In this document: one piece after another, positions 18,299 through 26,903 of the stretch
How the letters are laid out: each line of letters begins with the position of its first letter
Numbering within the stretch: position 1 is the first letter of the stretch
Origin: Oligoflexales bacterium
GTDB taxonomy: Bacteria > Bdellovibrionota_B > Oligoflexia > Oligoflexales > CAIYRB01
Assembly (NCBI GenBank): GCA_041736175.1
Contig: JBGSUI010000200.1
Coordinates: forward strand, 1 to 44,104
Reading direction: 5' to 3'
Length of the DNA stretch: 44,104 nt
The notes under the pieces: model-generated
What the model was told of the DNA's origin: nothing
Database searches by the model: none
The model's input: the letters and a program-made list of their open reading frames with translations, nothing else
Program-made: the position numbers and the translations under genes

Positions 18299-20299
18299 CT
18301 AAGGGTAAGCAACTGGGAGCGAGCGATTTTGCTTTATAACCCCATAGGATCGGGACCCCACCCCAAAGTGGGTGATGCCTTCCCCGGGATCAAGCTGGCA
18401 AAATGTTTCTAGTCCTAAGATTGGATTGTTGCTTTGGAGTCTCATAGCAACACAATCGACGCGAAAGTCAACCGCTGAAGTCCCTGATGGGAGCGATCTA
18501 CGAAACCATCCTTGGCTGACGATGCCAAAAAAACTCTCGCTAAATTCAAAGTTTTTATAGTAGGCCATTGGAATCCTCGGAGCTGCGATGAAAAGATCCT
18601 TAAGGGGATGTTCGTGGGGACCTTGGTAGTCAAAAAAGATGATCTGACTATGGTGTTTCACATGGTAGAGCCGCGCCTGGCCGTCGGTAAGATACATTAA
18701 GCCACTTTGCTGGTCCAAGCAGTTGGTAAGCACGAAATTTTCATCATTCCATGTTTGGTGTGTCTTAGATCTATACTGGTTTTCTAATAAAAAAATAAAA
18801 GTGTCGCCGATAACAAAACTCAAGCTTCGTTCGAGATTGATATTGATCTTTGGATTGGTGACACTTGTGCCCGCCAGGGGTACCCCATGGGAAAACCACT
18901 TAGAGGTGTTGGAGCCTGTTTCTAAATAGTTTAGGAGGTAAAAAGGCAGGGTGGGTTGACCCAGATAAGGTGTCGCTTGGACCTGAATATGAATGTGGGG
19001 CTCTGGAGAATAACCACTATTGCCGCATTGAGCGATCATTTGGCCTTGGCCTATATAATCATTGATCTTGAATTTTATAGAATATTGTTTAATATGGGCG
19101 ATCGTAACATACCGGCCGTAGTCATCTCTGATCATCATAAAGTTACCCCATCGGTGCTCATTATCAACGACGCCTATGGGTTGGTCGATAGCACCGTCGT
19201 AGCAGGCTACAAGAGTTCCTGAGACTGGTGCCACTAGATCTTGGCCAAAGGCATAGTAATCAGTAAGATCATGGCCATAGTTCTGGTAGGTAAGCCCATT
19301 GGAACCAAGTTTCACAAAATCGAGTGCATGCTGCAAAGTTCCTTGATGGGTCCAGGGACCACAAAATCCTTGATAAACAGACCAAGTGCCTATAAATGGG
19401 CAGCTGATACCAGGTTGCCAGTTACGAAATCGAAAAAGGATCGCACCAGCCTGATCGAGGCGGTCCTCAGGTTGCAATCTCCAGATTATAGGCCAAATTT
19501 TTGGACCAGTGAGATATTCGCCTAGGACACCTAAAGCAGTGCCTATAAGAACAGCAAATATAAATTGAATTTGGTCATAGGCGGTACCTTGCAGGGGTGA
19601 TACCTTTAGACTAGCCGATAATAGGGCAAGCACCGCCGCAAACAAGCTCCATAGCAATCCAGTAATCGACGGAACCCTAGGGATATGCAGGGCCCCTAGA
19701 AAAGCCAAGGACCCAATCCATATCCGAACATCGTGAAATCCAAGAGCCAGGGCTGGGAGAGGAGCGATCAGAAAGGAGGCTAACATAAGGGGAGACCTCA
19801 TCATAAGCGCGATGAGGAGGCCAGCGCTAATCATGATTCCGATACTGTGACTAAGCGAAGTGCTAGAAAAAAGGCTGGGGGGATGGACTCCTAAACCAAA
19901 ACAAAATACAGCCATTGAAATAAACGCTGGAAACAACAAAGTGGGCCATGCGAAGAGCCACCTCCCGGTTTCGAAACAAAAAGTTATAAGATAGGCAAGG
20001 GGAAAGACCACTAGCAAAGCTCCCAGAACAGGGGGATCTAAGAGATTTCCATACCCCATCGCTACAGCGCACTTAAAGCTTAGGAAGCCTGCTGCAAAGG
20101 TGTTCCAATTATAAACAAAATTTATGTTTGATTTTGTAATCGCTGTTTTTTGATCTCTGCAGATCAAACCCATGGCATATCGGGTGCCTAGGATGGCAAA
20201 CAGTCCCGCGAGGGGATCTACGATGGTTAAAGCCCCTTGGAAGAAATGATAGACCTTCTGATAATCAGGGACCAAATACCATTTATTTAGACAGGTCAT
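18299..20299 (-). CDS. Urea-transporter-like multi-TM domain fused to M23 (peptidoglycan DD-metalloendopeptidase-like) domain plus C-terminal domain
   Basis: Hydrophobic N-terminal ~280 aa (DPLAGL, PTLLFP); M23 motifs HALDF, APVSG, WGNF, TIAHIK, GNSGYSPEPHIHIQ. Start uncertain: frame is open to 20371, ATG at 20299 chosen. Confidence 0.75.
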   Translation of the reverse strand: MTCLNKWYLVPDYQKVYHFFQGALTIVDPLAGLFAILGTRYAMGLICRDQKTAITKSNINFVYNWNTFAAGFLSFKCAVAMGYGNLLDPPVLGALLVVFPLAYLITFCFETGRWLFAWPTLLFPAFISMAVFCFGLGVHPPSLFSSTSLSHSIGIMISAGLLIALMMRSPLMLASFLIAPLPALALGFHDVRIWIGSLAFLGALHIPRVPSITGLLWSLFAAVLALLSASLKVSPLQGTAYDQIQFIFAVLIGTALGVLGEYLTGPKIWPIIWRLQPEDRLDQAGAILFRFRNWQPGISCPFIGTWSVYQGFCGPWTHQGTLQHALDFVKLGSNGLTYQNYGHDLTDYYAFGQDLVAPVSGTLVACYDGAIDQPIGVVDNEHRWGNFMMIRDDYGRYVTIAHIKQYSIKFKINDYIGQGQMIAQCGNSGYSPEPHIHIQVQATPYLGQPTLPFYLLNYLETGSNTSKWFSHGVPLAGTSVTNPKININLERSLSFVIGDTFIFLLENQYRSKTHQTWNDENFVLTNCLDQQSGLMYLTDGQARLYHVKHHSQIIFFDYQGPHEHPLKDLFIAAPRIPMAYYKNFEFSESFFGIVSQGWFRRSLPSGTSAVDFRVDCVAMRLQSNNPILGLETFCQLDPGEGITHFGVGSRSYGVIKQNRSLPVAYP

Positions 20300-20328
20300 C
20301 ACCCTGTTTTTAACGCGGACTTTGAATC

Positions 20329-21735
20329 CTAAGCCTGTTCCCTTTTGACCTGTGCCAATGGTAGATCGCATTCCGTAGCCTCAATATCTTCGAGGGTTTC
20401 TTGGCGTTTGATCACGCAGACCTCTCCTGATTCCAGGACCATCACCACAGCGGGGCGGTATCTGATAAATTGCATGGACTGGGTAAGATTATAGGCCCCC
20501 ACGGGAGAAATGATCAGATGCTGACCACGACTGAGGCGAGGGAGCATGGAATATTCTTCGATGGTGTCGATATTCATACAGAGAGGGCCGTGCAACACTG
20601 CAGGTTCCATCAGTCCCGTTACGGGCTGGTCTGTTTCGATATTGAATTTATACCAAGTTGCAGTATAGAGAAGGTTGACCCCAGCATCCAAGACGTAAGA
20701 TCGACGCCCATCGGGGAGCATCTTATCGGCGACCACTGATGTTACTAAAAATCCCGCCTCGTCGATCAGATGTCGTCCTAGTTCCAAATATAGCCGTGGT
20801 GGATTCAGTCGATTGAGGAATGGTTTTAAGGGTCCCGTAAGACTTTGAGCGTATTTTTCAAGGCTGGGGATTGCGATCTCAGGGGATTGGTAGACACCCC
20901 TAAGCCGATTGAGGCTCGGAAAACCACCGCCGAGGTCGATATACTTTATGGGCATTTTGGTTCGGAGTTCGATGTCTTGAACGAGTTCCATAAGTTTTTC
21001 CGCAGCTTTACGATAAGCCTGATGATCTAAAACAAAGGTGCCTAGATGAGTGTGAATACCGACGAGTTTAAGGTGTTCTGACCCCGTGATGCGTTCGATA
21101 GCATGGCTGGCTTGTCCATTTTCGACGTTGAAACCAAACCGGCTCCAGTGGGGATAGAGTCCCGTATGGCAGTTGATACGAAGTCCCACGGCGACAACCC
21201 GGTCCATGCTTTTAGCGATGGCTTCGAGATCGTCCACTTCTCCAAAATGATCGATATTGATGATAGCCCCGTCGATCATCGCTTGTTTAAGTGCGACCGA
21301 ATCTTTGTAGGGTCCGTTAAAGATAATCTCAGTCCCTGGTATCCCCAGGTTTCTGGCTTTTTGGTACTCAAAATCACTTACAACCTCGGCATAGGCACCC
21401 AATTGGTGAAAAGTCTGACAGATCGCTCTCAGGTAGTTTGTCTTGTAACTCCAACCAAAAATCAGATGAGGATAGTGCTTGGCAATAGCATCGTAGGCTG
21501 ATTGGTATTGCTTGATCATAGTCGCTTGGGAGTATACAAAAAGTGGAGATCCATAGGTCTTTGCCAAATGCTGGATGGCATGCCCATCGATATGGCTGCG
21601 GACGCTTGCTTGGGGGTGGTCGTAGGACATGCCGGCTTTGGCGACGAGTGGGCTTTCGATTTTAATAATGACCGGCTTTTCATAGGGTTTTACAGCAGGT
21701 ACGATGTCTCGATGTTTCGATTGTGGTTTTTTCAC
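20329..21735 (-). CDS. PLP-dependent fold-type III decarboxylase (diaminopimelate decarboxylase family, atypical subfamily)
   Basis: YGSPLFVY, WSYKTN (PLP Lys), AEVVS..E, IFNGP.K, SRFG, HTHLG, IDLGGGF, ELGR, GPLC, GAYN; GTG start overlapping the upstream stop. Confidence 0.88.
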   Translation of the reverse strand: MKKPQSKHRDIVPAVKPYEKPVIIKIESPLVAKAGMSYDHPQASVRSHIDGHAIQHLAKTYGSPLFVYSQATMIKQYQSAYDAIAKHYPHLIFGWSYKTNYLRAICQTFHQLGAYAEVVSDFEYQKARNLGIPGTEIIFNGPYKDSVALKQAMIDGAIINIDHFGEVDDLEAIAKSMDRVVAVGLRINCHTGLYPHWSRFGFNVENGQASHAIERITGSEHLKLVGIHTHLGTFVLDHQAYRKAAEKLMELVQDIELRTKMPIKYIDLGGGFPSLNRLRGVYQSPEIAIPSLEKYAQSLTGPLKPFLNRLNPPRLYLELGRHLIDEAGFLVTSVVADKMLPDGRRSYVLDAGVNLLYTATWYKFNIETDQPVTGLMEPAVLHGPLCMNIDTIEEYSMLPRLSRGQHLIISPVGAYNLTQSMQFIRYRPAVVMVLESGEVCVIKRQETLEDIEATECDLPLAQVKREQA

Positions 21736-22790
21736 GGAGTCTCTCCATGTTGTCCGGTCGTAGCGAGTTCTAGATAGGTTTCCATATCACCTAAACTTTC
21801 ATGGGTATGCCTGATAAGGTGTTTTCCCACCGGATAGCGCAGGTCCATTGGGCATGCACCCTTTAAGGAAAGGTCGACCAATCTCAGGGGGAGGTTGACC
21901 CCAAGGGCCGTTGCAAAGTAGACCCATGCGGGAAACCTTGGATTGATTTCGATTAGGAATATTTTTTCTTTGTTACGAATAGCTTCGAGTTCAAACGGTC
22001 CGCGCCACTTAGTTTTCTTGCAAAATCCCAAGGCTAATTCGACCATTTTATCATCTTTAATCGTGAGGGCAGTCCAAACCTTGCCAAGACTTGTGGTCGT
22101 TTGTTTTTTAATGCAGACGCATCCGCAAAGATTACCTTGACCATCTCCTAAACCAACTAGATTTACCTCCGTACCTTCTATGATTTGCTGTGCTAGCAGA
22201 GGAAAGCCCCATTCGCTCGAAATTTCAGCTGACTTTTCCGCAGCTGAGATATGATTATAAACTTTATATGCTTTGTAATAGTTGCCTTTTACAAACACAG
22301 GGAAACCCAGTTTTTCCGGAACTATTTTAAAGAGTTCCTGGAGGCTATAGTATGCATAGGTTTTGGGATATTCACAGCCATTGGCTTCGGCCAAATCTTT
22401 GAGTTCTGCTTTGCTGCGCAGGTCAAACTGCTCTTCAGTCGGCAGATAGGTGTTGATTCCGAGAATTTTGCTTTCGTTGGTGTATTTTATAAGAAGCGGC
22501 AATTCAGCGTCTAAATTGGGAATCATAAGGTCAAATTTTGTTTGCTCCTGGATTTCTTTAAGCCGACCTGAGACTGCTGCCCACCCTTTTGTTGGGAAAG
22601 GAAGGATATAACTTTGGTCAATCCACTCCTTTAAATAATGGCCAGGATCGTTGGGATCATAGCTAAGACCTACGATTTTTACGCCACCTTGATCCTTTAG
22701 CCCCTCTTTAAGACTGCGGGCGATGGCTAAACCAGGGCCGGGGTTTTCAGTGGCGTTGATTCCTGACAAAGCGATCACAAGGGGTTTCAT
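21732..22790 (-). CDS. ATP-grasp (carboxylate-amine ligase, CarB-like) protein
   Basis: N-terminal SGINATENPGPGLAIARSL, IPNLDAEL, FPVFVKG..Y.A, WRGPFELE, LIEINPRFPAW. Confidence 0.9.
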   Translation of the reverse strand: MKPLVIALSGINATENPGPGLAIARSLKEGLKDQGGVKIVGLSYDPNDPGHYLKEWIDQSYILPFPTKGWAAVSGRLKEIQEQTKFDLMIPNLDAELPLLIKYTNESKILGINTYLPTEEQFDLRSKAELKDLAEANGCEYPKTYAYYSLQELFKIVPEKLGFPVFVKGNYYKAYKVYNHISAAEKSAEISSEWGFPLLAQQIIEGTEVNLVGLGDGQGNLCGCVCIKKQTTTSLGKVWTALTIKDDKMVELALGFCKKTKWRGPFELEAIRNKEKIFLIEINPRFPAWVYFATALGVNLPLRLVDLSLKGACPMDLRYPVGKHLIRHTHESLGDMETYLELATTGQHGETP

Positions 22791-23026
22791 GAGTCCAATC
22801 CCAAAGCATAGAGTTTTGACTCAAAATCATAAACATCTGTGAGTGCTTCCGACAACTTGATGCCATAAAGACTGACAAGGTTTTGAGCGATGGCCGGGGC
22901 TTCTAAACCATTCTGCATTTGATTTAGGATCGCGGCGGCTGTTCCATTAAGGCAAAAACTTTCGCCCGTTTCGTGGTCTAAGGCAACTCCCCTACGACTG
23001 ACTTGAAGTGATTTCCATTGGGCCAT
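22787..23026 (-). CDS. PqqD family / RiPP recognition element (RRE) protein
   Basis: 79 aa: GVALDHETGESFCLNGTAAAIL..M..G....IA..L...Y.I....A.TDVYDF...L..LGL, the canonical PqqD pattern; strong RBS; ATGA overlap with the ATP-grasp gene. Confidence 0.9.
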   Translation of the reverse strand: MAQWKSLQVSRRGVALDHETGESFCLNGTAAAILNQMQNGLEAPAIAQNLVSLYGIKLSEALTDVYDFESKLYALGLDS

Positions 23027-23145
23027 GTTTTTTGCCTTTCCTTGTTAAAATTGGAAACCAGTGTGAGATGTGATTCTATCGGTTGTAAGTCACCTCGAGT
23101 TTAGGCTTGCCTTTAGTTAGCACAAATTAAGCCGATCGATAGATC

Positions 23146-23955
23146 ATGAAACTACTAAAACGATTCATAATGGGACTCCTACACCTGTGCTTAATGGCAC
23201 AAGCTACGGAACTGCTTGCGGCTTCTAAGGGATTTTTGTGGGGATACAACTTAGGCCTTAGCTACGATACGACAACCCGTTATGCCCAGATCTCCTACAT
23301 GGCTCCAAGACCCCAAGGTCTTCCGGATCAATGCGAGCCTGCCCTCGACGATCGAACCAAGATGCACTGCACGGCCTATCTGGCTCCCGATGGAGGATCC
23401 TACAGCCCCTCTCTCTATATCGAAGAACCCTTTGTCAGGCAGGGGCTCTTCTACTTTGAGCCAGGTATCACCGCATCGACTTTGAGCTACAAAGGGGTCC
23501 TAAACACGAAACCTCAACGACTCGAACAAGGCGGAAGCGTGGGAGCAAAAAAAGCCCCTACTGTGATCCCCGAGCAGCCCCTCCAAAAAGCTACGATGGA
23601 ACTCTATGGATTAAGCGTCCAAGGAACCCTTACGGTGGGGATCACGCCCCCGATTTTGCCCGACCTCTTTCTTTCTGCAGGTATCGGAGTCCAAGCGGTG
23701 ACAGGACAGGTGCGGGTGTTTACCACCACCACTCCGACATTGGTCTTTCAACCAGATGGCTTTGTGGAAGCCCAAGTCGTCTTTTTAAGGTTTGGTGATG
23801 GCTATGCAGCATTTTATTTGGGCCACGATCAAAGTTTAGGGAGCAATTTTGGTGGAAAGCTTATTGAGGACTATCCCTCGGGGACCGAGCTTAAGGATTT
23901 TCAGCTGACCCTGGTGGGTGCTGCATCGGGGGTTCAGCTGCTTTTTCTTTGGTAG
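23146..23955 (+). CDS. Hypothetical exported protein, possibly outer-membrane beta-barrel
   Basis: 269 aa; signal peptide; beta-strand-rich; C-terminal GVQLLFLW; one Cys pair. Confidence 0.55.
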   Translation: MKLLKRFIMGLLHLCLMAQATELLAASKGFLWGYNLGLSYDTTTRYAQISYMAPRPQGLPDQCEPALDDRTKMHCTAYLAPDGGSYSPSLYIEEPFVRQGLFYFEPGITASTLSYKGVLNTKPQRLEQGGSVGAKKAPTVIPEQPLQKATMELYGLSVQGTLTVGITPPILPDLFLSAGIGVQAVTGQVRVFTTTTPTLVFQPDGFVEAQVVFLRFGDGYAAFYLGHDQSLGSNFGGKLIEDYPSGTELKDFQLTLVGAASGVQLLFLW

Positions 23956-23979
23956 CCTGCTCGGCTAACATTGCCATAC

Positions 23980-24150
23980 GTTCCTCCCGAAGGAAGAATC
24001 TCCAACCGTTCATTGGAGAGGGGGGGCCTCGTGCCCTATATTTGATGAAGGGGATAAGTTGACTAAGAGGATCCCTCTGGTGGGTATTGGTAGAGGAATT
24101 GGCGTGCATGGAGAAACCATTGATGCTGAAGCAGGACAAAATCTCCTTTG
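23980..24150 (-). mobile_element. Short IS91-family transposase remnant (Y2 catalytic region)
   Basis: CFSINGFSMHANSSTNTHQRDPLSQLI..YRARGP / LSNERLEILP; about 45 nt nearly identical to 3270-3313. Confidence 0.8.
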
Positions 24151-24312
24151 GGAGCCCTGGAGAAAACCTAGCGAGATGTTACCCGAAAAGGGACCGTAAA
24201 ATCGAGACATCCATCGATGGACTTGCCACTGGTTTCCTTAGACTCCCTGAGTAACTCCTGCTATTTGACTTACCAAACTAGGTTTTGCTTGTTTAGATGC
24301 AATAACAACCAG

Positions 24313-24761
24313 CTAATACTCTTTAGCGACCTTGGCGCCGCTTCCGCTGTGATTGCCTTGGGATTTGCGCGGGGGTAATGTGTCTTCGAATTCGTCGTCA
24401 TTGTGGTAATAATCCCATTCCTCGGGGCGATAGCCACTAATGGAGCAAAATTCTAGACCGATATTTTCGGAGAGGAGCTCTAATAAATCGAGGTCTCGTA
24501 TAGCACCGGCTTTATCCAGAAAAACCTCGGAAATCACGATCAGCCTTCCTTTTCTTTGGTCAAAGAAAGCCGAGACCGCTTTGTCTTTTAACAGTTTGGA
24601 TATTTGTTCTCGTATGTTTGCTTCAACACTTCGCATATTTTTTTTGTCCTTTCGATACATTCAGCAGAAGTGGTCCTTATTCTCTTCCCTTCGTTGTGTT
24701 CGTAGCGCCTGTTGCCGACCGCAAGAGTTCCAGCCTTAAGATAATCTGCAGCTTTACTCAT
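24313..24761 (-). pseudogene. Probable frameshifted gene (A8 tract at 24638-24645) with a BolA-like C-terminal part
   Basis: ATG at 24761 with GGAGGG RBS opens a 57-aa frame; adding one A in the A8 run joins it to the 24313-24660 frame containing LIVISEVF..K...R ... SISGYRPEEW. Confidence 0.45.
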
Positions 24762-24948
24762 TGCAAATTTCCCTCCATGGGATCTGTAGGAAAAAGTCTA
24801 TCTATAATAAACAGTTAAGTAGATTGTGTGTTGTAAAATCAAGGATATTTAGTGTCAAAGAATTTACTCGTTTGACGTTCATTTGACTCGATGGACGACA
24901 AATCCTCGACTGGCAAGCGTCCGCGTTTGTGCTTTGCACCTGGAGTGT

Positions 24949-25827
24949 TTACCTCTGGAATGACTCTCCATGCAGTTCCCCTTCGGAATCAAATCCGCGG
25001 ACGGGAAGATCGGGACTTCTTTGAAGCCAATTGGTAGGCATATAGGTATGACTGCCCTCGATAAGATGGAGGGTATAGGCATGGCGGGAGTTGGGAGATT
25101 GGTTTTGGTAGCTGGCATGGGGAACTAGCCCGTCAAGCACGATGACGCTACCCTTTTTGACTTCCAAAGGTATCAGAGCTTCGTGTTCCCAGAGTTGATT
25201 GGTATATTTTAGGACGTCGGTCGTGTTGTCGGGATTTCGCCGAAAAAGCTCTCTAAGTTTTCCTCGGTGCCCACCGGGAATAGCCCAAAGGCAGCCATTG
25301 TCTACAGTGGCATCTTCAAGAGCAAACCATAAACCCACAACACTTTTGGGGCTGGTATCCAAGTAGGTTGCATCTTGATGGCATCGAACGGCTCCACCGA
25401 TGGAAGGTTGTTTAAAGATGTACATCGATTGTATCATCTTGGGGTCGCGAAACAGAGCGAGGTCTTTGATCATATTTTTGACAACCGTTTGCCTGGAGAA
25501 CTGATCAAAGATTGGATCGAGATCATGAAGTGCGTGGCCGATTTTATTAAGGGCGAGGTGTTTAGGAACTTTCAGTGAACCGTCGGCGGCAATGGCTTCT
25601 TCTTCGAAAAAAAAGCGGATTTTGTCGCCGGATTGCAAAAAATAGTCCTGTAAGGCATGCTGGGGATTGGTGGTTGAAAAGATTACTTTCAACTGATCAG
25701 GCTCAAATTGATCCACTAGCTCGAGAGCCCTTGATTGCAGGCGGTCACACTCCCTAAGATCAATAACCTCGGGCAAAATCAGGAACCCATCTCTATGATA
25801 TCGATCGACATTCGTTCGATCTAACAT
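24949..25827 (-). CDS. Phytanoyl-CoA dioxygenase (PhyH/PHYHD1-like) Fe(II)/2OG oxygenase
   Basis: LNKIGHALHDLDP, QSMYIFKQP.IGG.V.CHQD, WFALEDAT..NGCL, H.S..N.S..SRHAY; GGAGGT RBS before ATG 25827. Confidence 0.93.
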   Translation of the reverse strand: MLDRTNVDRYHRDGFLILPEVIDLRECDRLQSRALELVDQFEPDQLKVIFSTTNPQHALQDYFLQSGDKIRFFFEEEAIAADGSLKVPKHLALNKIGHALHDLDPIFDQFSRQTVVKNMIKDLALFRDPKMIQSMYIFKQPSIGGAVRCHQDATYLDTSPKSVVGLWFALEDATVDNGCLWAIPGGHRGKLRELFRRNPDNTTDVLKYTNQLWEHEALIPLEVKKGSVIVLDGLVPHASYQNQSPNSRHAYTLHLIEGSHTYMPTNWLQRSPDLPVRGFDSEGELHGESFQR

Positions 25828-25903
25828 AACACCTCCCACAAAATGTTGGGGGGAAACCTAACAGCCTTGAAGCGATAGATCAAAGTCTTTTTTAGGGATC
25901 GTG

Positions 25904-25931
25904 ATTCCAGACCTCGTCGGAGGTCTGGAAT
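25904..25931. other. Perfect 12-bp stem hairpin (REP-like or terminator/operator)
   Basis: ATTCCAGACCTC-GTCG-GAGGTCTGGAAT; no U-tract on either side. Confidence 0.5.
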
Positions 25932-26098
25932 GGCGTTCGCTATTCGGTGGTCATTTTTACAAGAATGTTGTCATTAACAATGGCATTGAAATTTGAGTTG
26001 ACCCGGAGCAAACAGGTTCTCGCTCTTGCAGATTTCTCTATTTGGATTCATTTTGTCAAGAGTCACGAGGTGGTGTTTGTGGGATAGCTGGCATCTGC

Positions 26099-26114
26099 TG
26101 GCACATCCCTTGCC
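26099..26114 (+). promoter_or_regulatory. Sigma-54 promoter candidate
   Basis: TGGCACATCCCTTGCC (GG-N10-GC) upstream of the MotA-like remnant. Confidence 0.5.
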
Positions 26115-26180
26115 ACTCAGGACAAAAATGTTTGGTATCTTTCAGGTGATGGGATGGATGTGACTAGACATGGCGGCTTC

Positions 26181-26428
26181 CCAGCCACTAGTACAACTGG
26201 CCAGTATTCTCCCATTTTTGGCTCTATTTATGGGTAGGGATCATTCAGGTGATGGTGTATCTCGACAAGCCTGATCTGATAGGTCCAGGATTTGCCGTGG
26301 CATTTGTTTCAACATTTTACGGCTTTTTATTTGAATTAGTCGCTCTTACTCTCGGTGATGCTGTCACTGGTAAATTGATTGAGCAGACAGTCACGCTGGT
26401 TCCTAGTACTTTGACAACAGGGATCTAG
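26181..26428 (+). pseudogene. MotA/TolQ/ExbB proton-channel family fragment, frameshifted
   Basis: GQYSPIFGSIYG* then, after a -1 shift, GIIQVMVYLDKPDLIGPGFAVAFVSTFYG, matching the MotA TM3-TM4 motif. Confidence 0.55.
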
Positions 26429-26535
26429 GATCCTCAAGCGATGAAATGAAGGCGCTCCAAGCTAAGGTGGATGCGTTAGCGACAAAGGTTGAACACCACC
26501 ACAACAATCGCCACGCGGCCTAAACAGAGGATTAA

Positions 26536-26817
26536 ATGATGCAACCCGTCATACCTCTATTTTCAACCCAGACTGAAAGTAAAATTCGCGTCACTTTCGG
26601 CGCAATTTTTTCTGTCATCTGTATTTTCGCAGCCATGACTCTTATGAGTGTACCCTTCAGTTACGTGATACAGCTGACCGCAGCAATCATCGTCTGTGCT
26701 GGAGTTTTTGCTGGCGGATTCTTGGGCCTGGATTGGCGAGTCGCTGGTGTCAACTCTCTCGAGGTCTTATTTATGAAGGGGCCGACCTGTATTACTGAAC
26801 ATTTTTTGTTCAGTTAG
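26536..26817 (+). CDS. Small hypothetical membrane protein
   Basis: 93 aa with two hydrophobic segments; GAGG RBS. Confidence 0.45.
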   Translation: MMQPVIPLFSTQTESKIRVTFGAIFSVICIFAAMTLMSVPFSYVIQLTAAIIVCAGVFAGGFLGLDWRVAGVNSLEVLFMKGPTCITEHFLFS

Positions 26818-26903
26818 GCCTAATTTAACGGGGAAGGTAAATGCTAGCCAGAGAGGTTAAACAGATACCCCGTGTGCCGTACTTGTGTACTATGTGCCCG
26901 CGG

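Noticed and set aside
20329..21735. Calling the gene lysA
   Set aside because: Substrate-binding motifs differ from LysA and the operon context is not lysine biosynthesis; symbol withheld.
22787..23026. PQQ biosynthesis or lasso peptide cluster
   Set aside because: No pqqA/B/C/E, no asparagine-synthetase-like cyclase, no transglutaminase-like B2 peptidase and no precursor ORF in the window.
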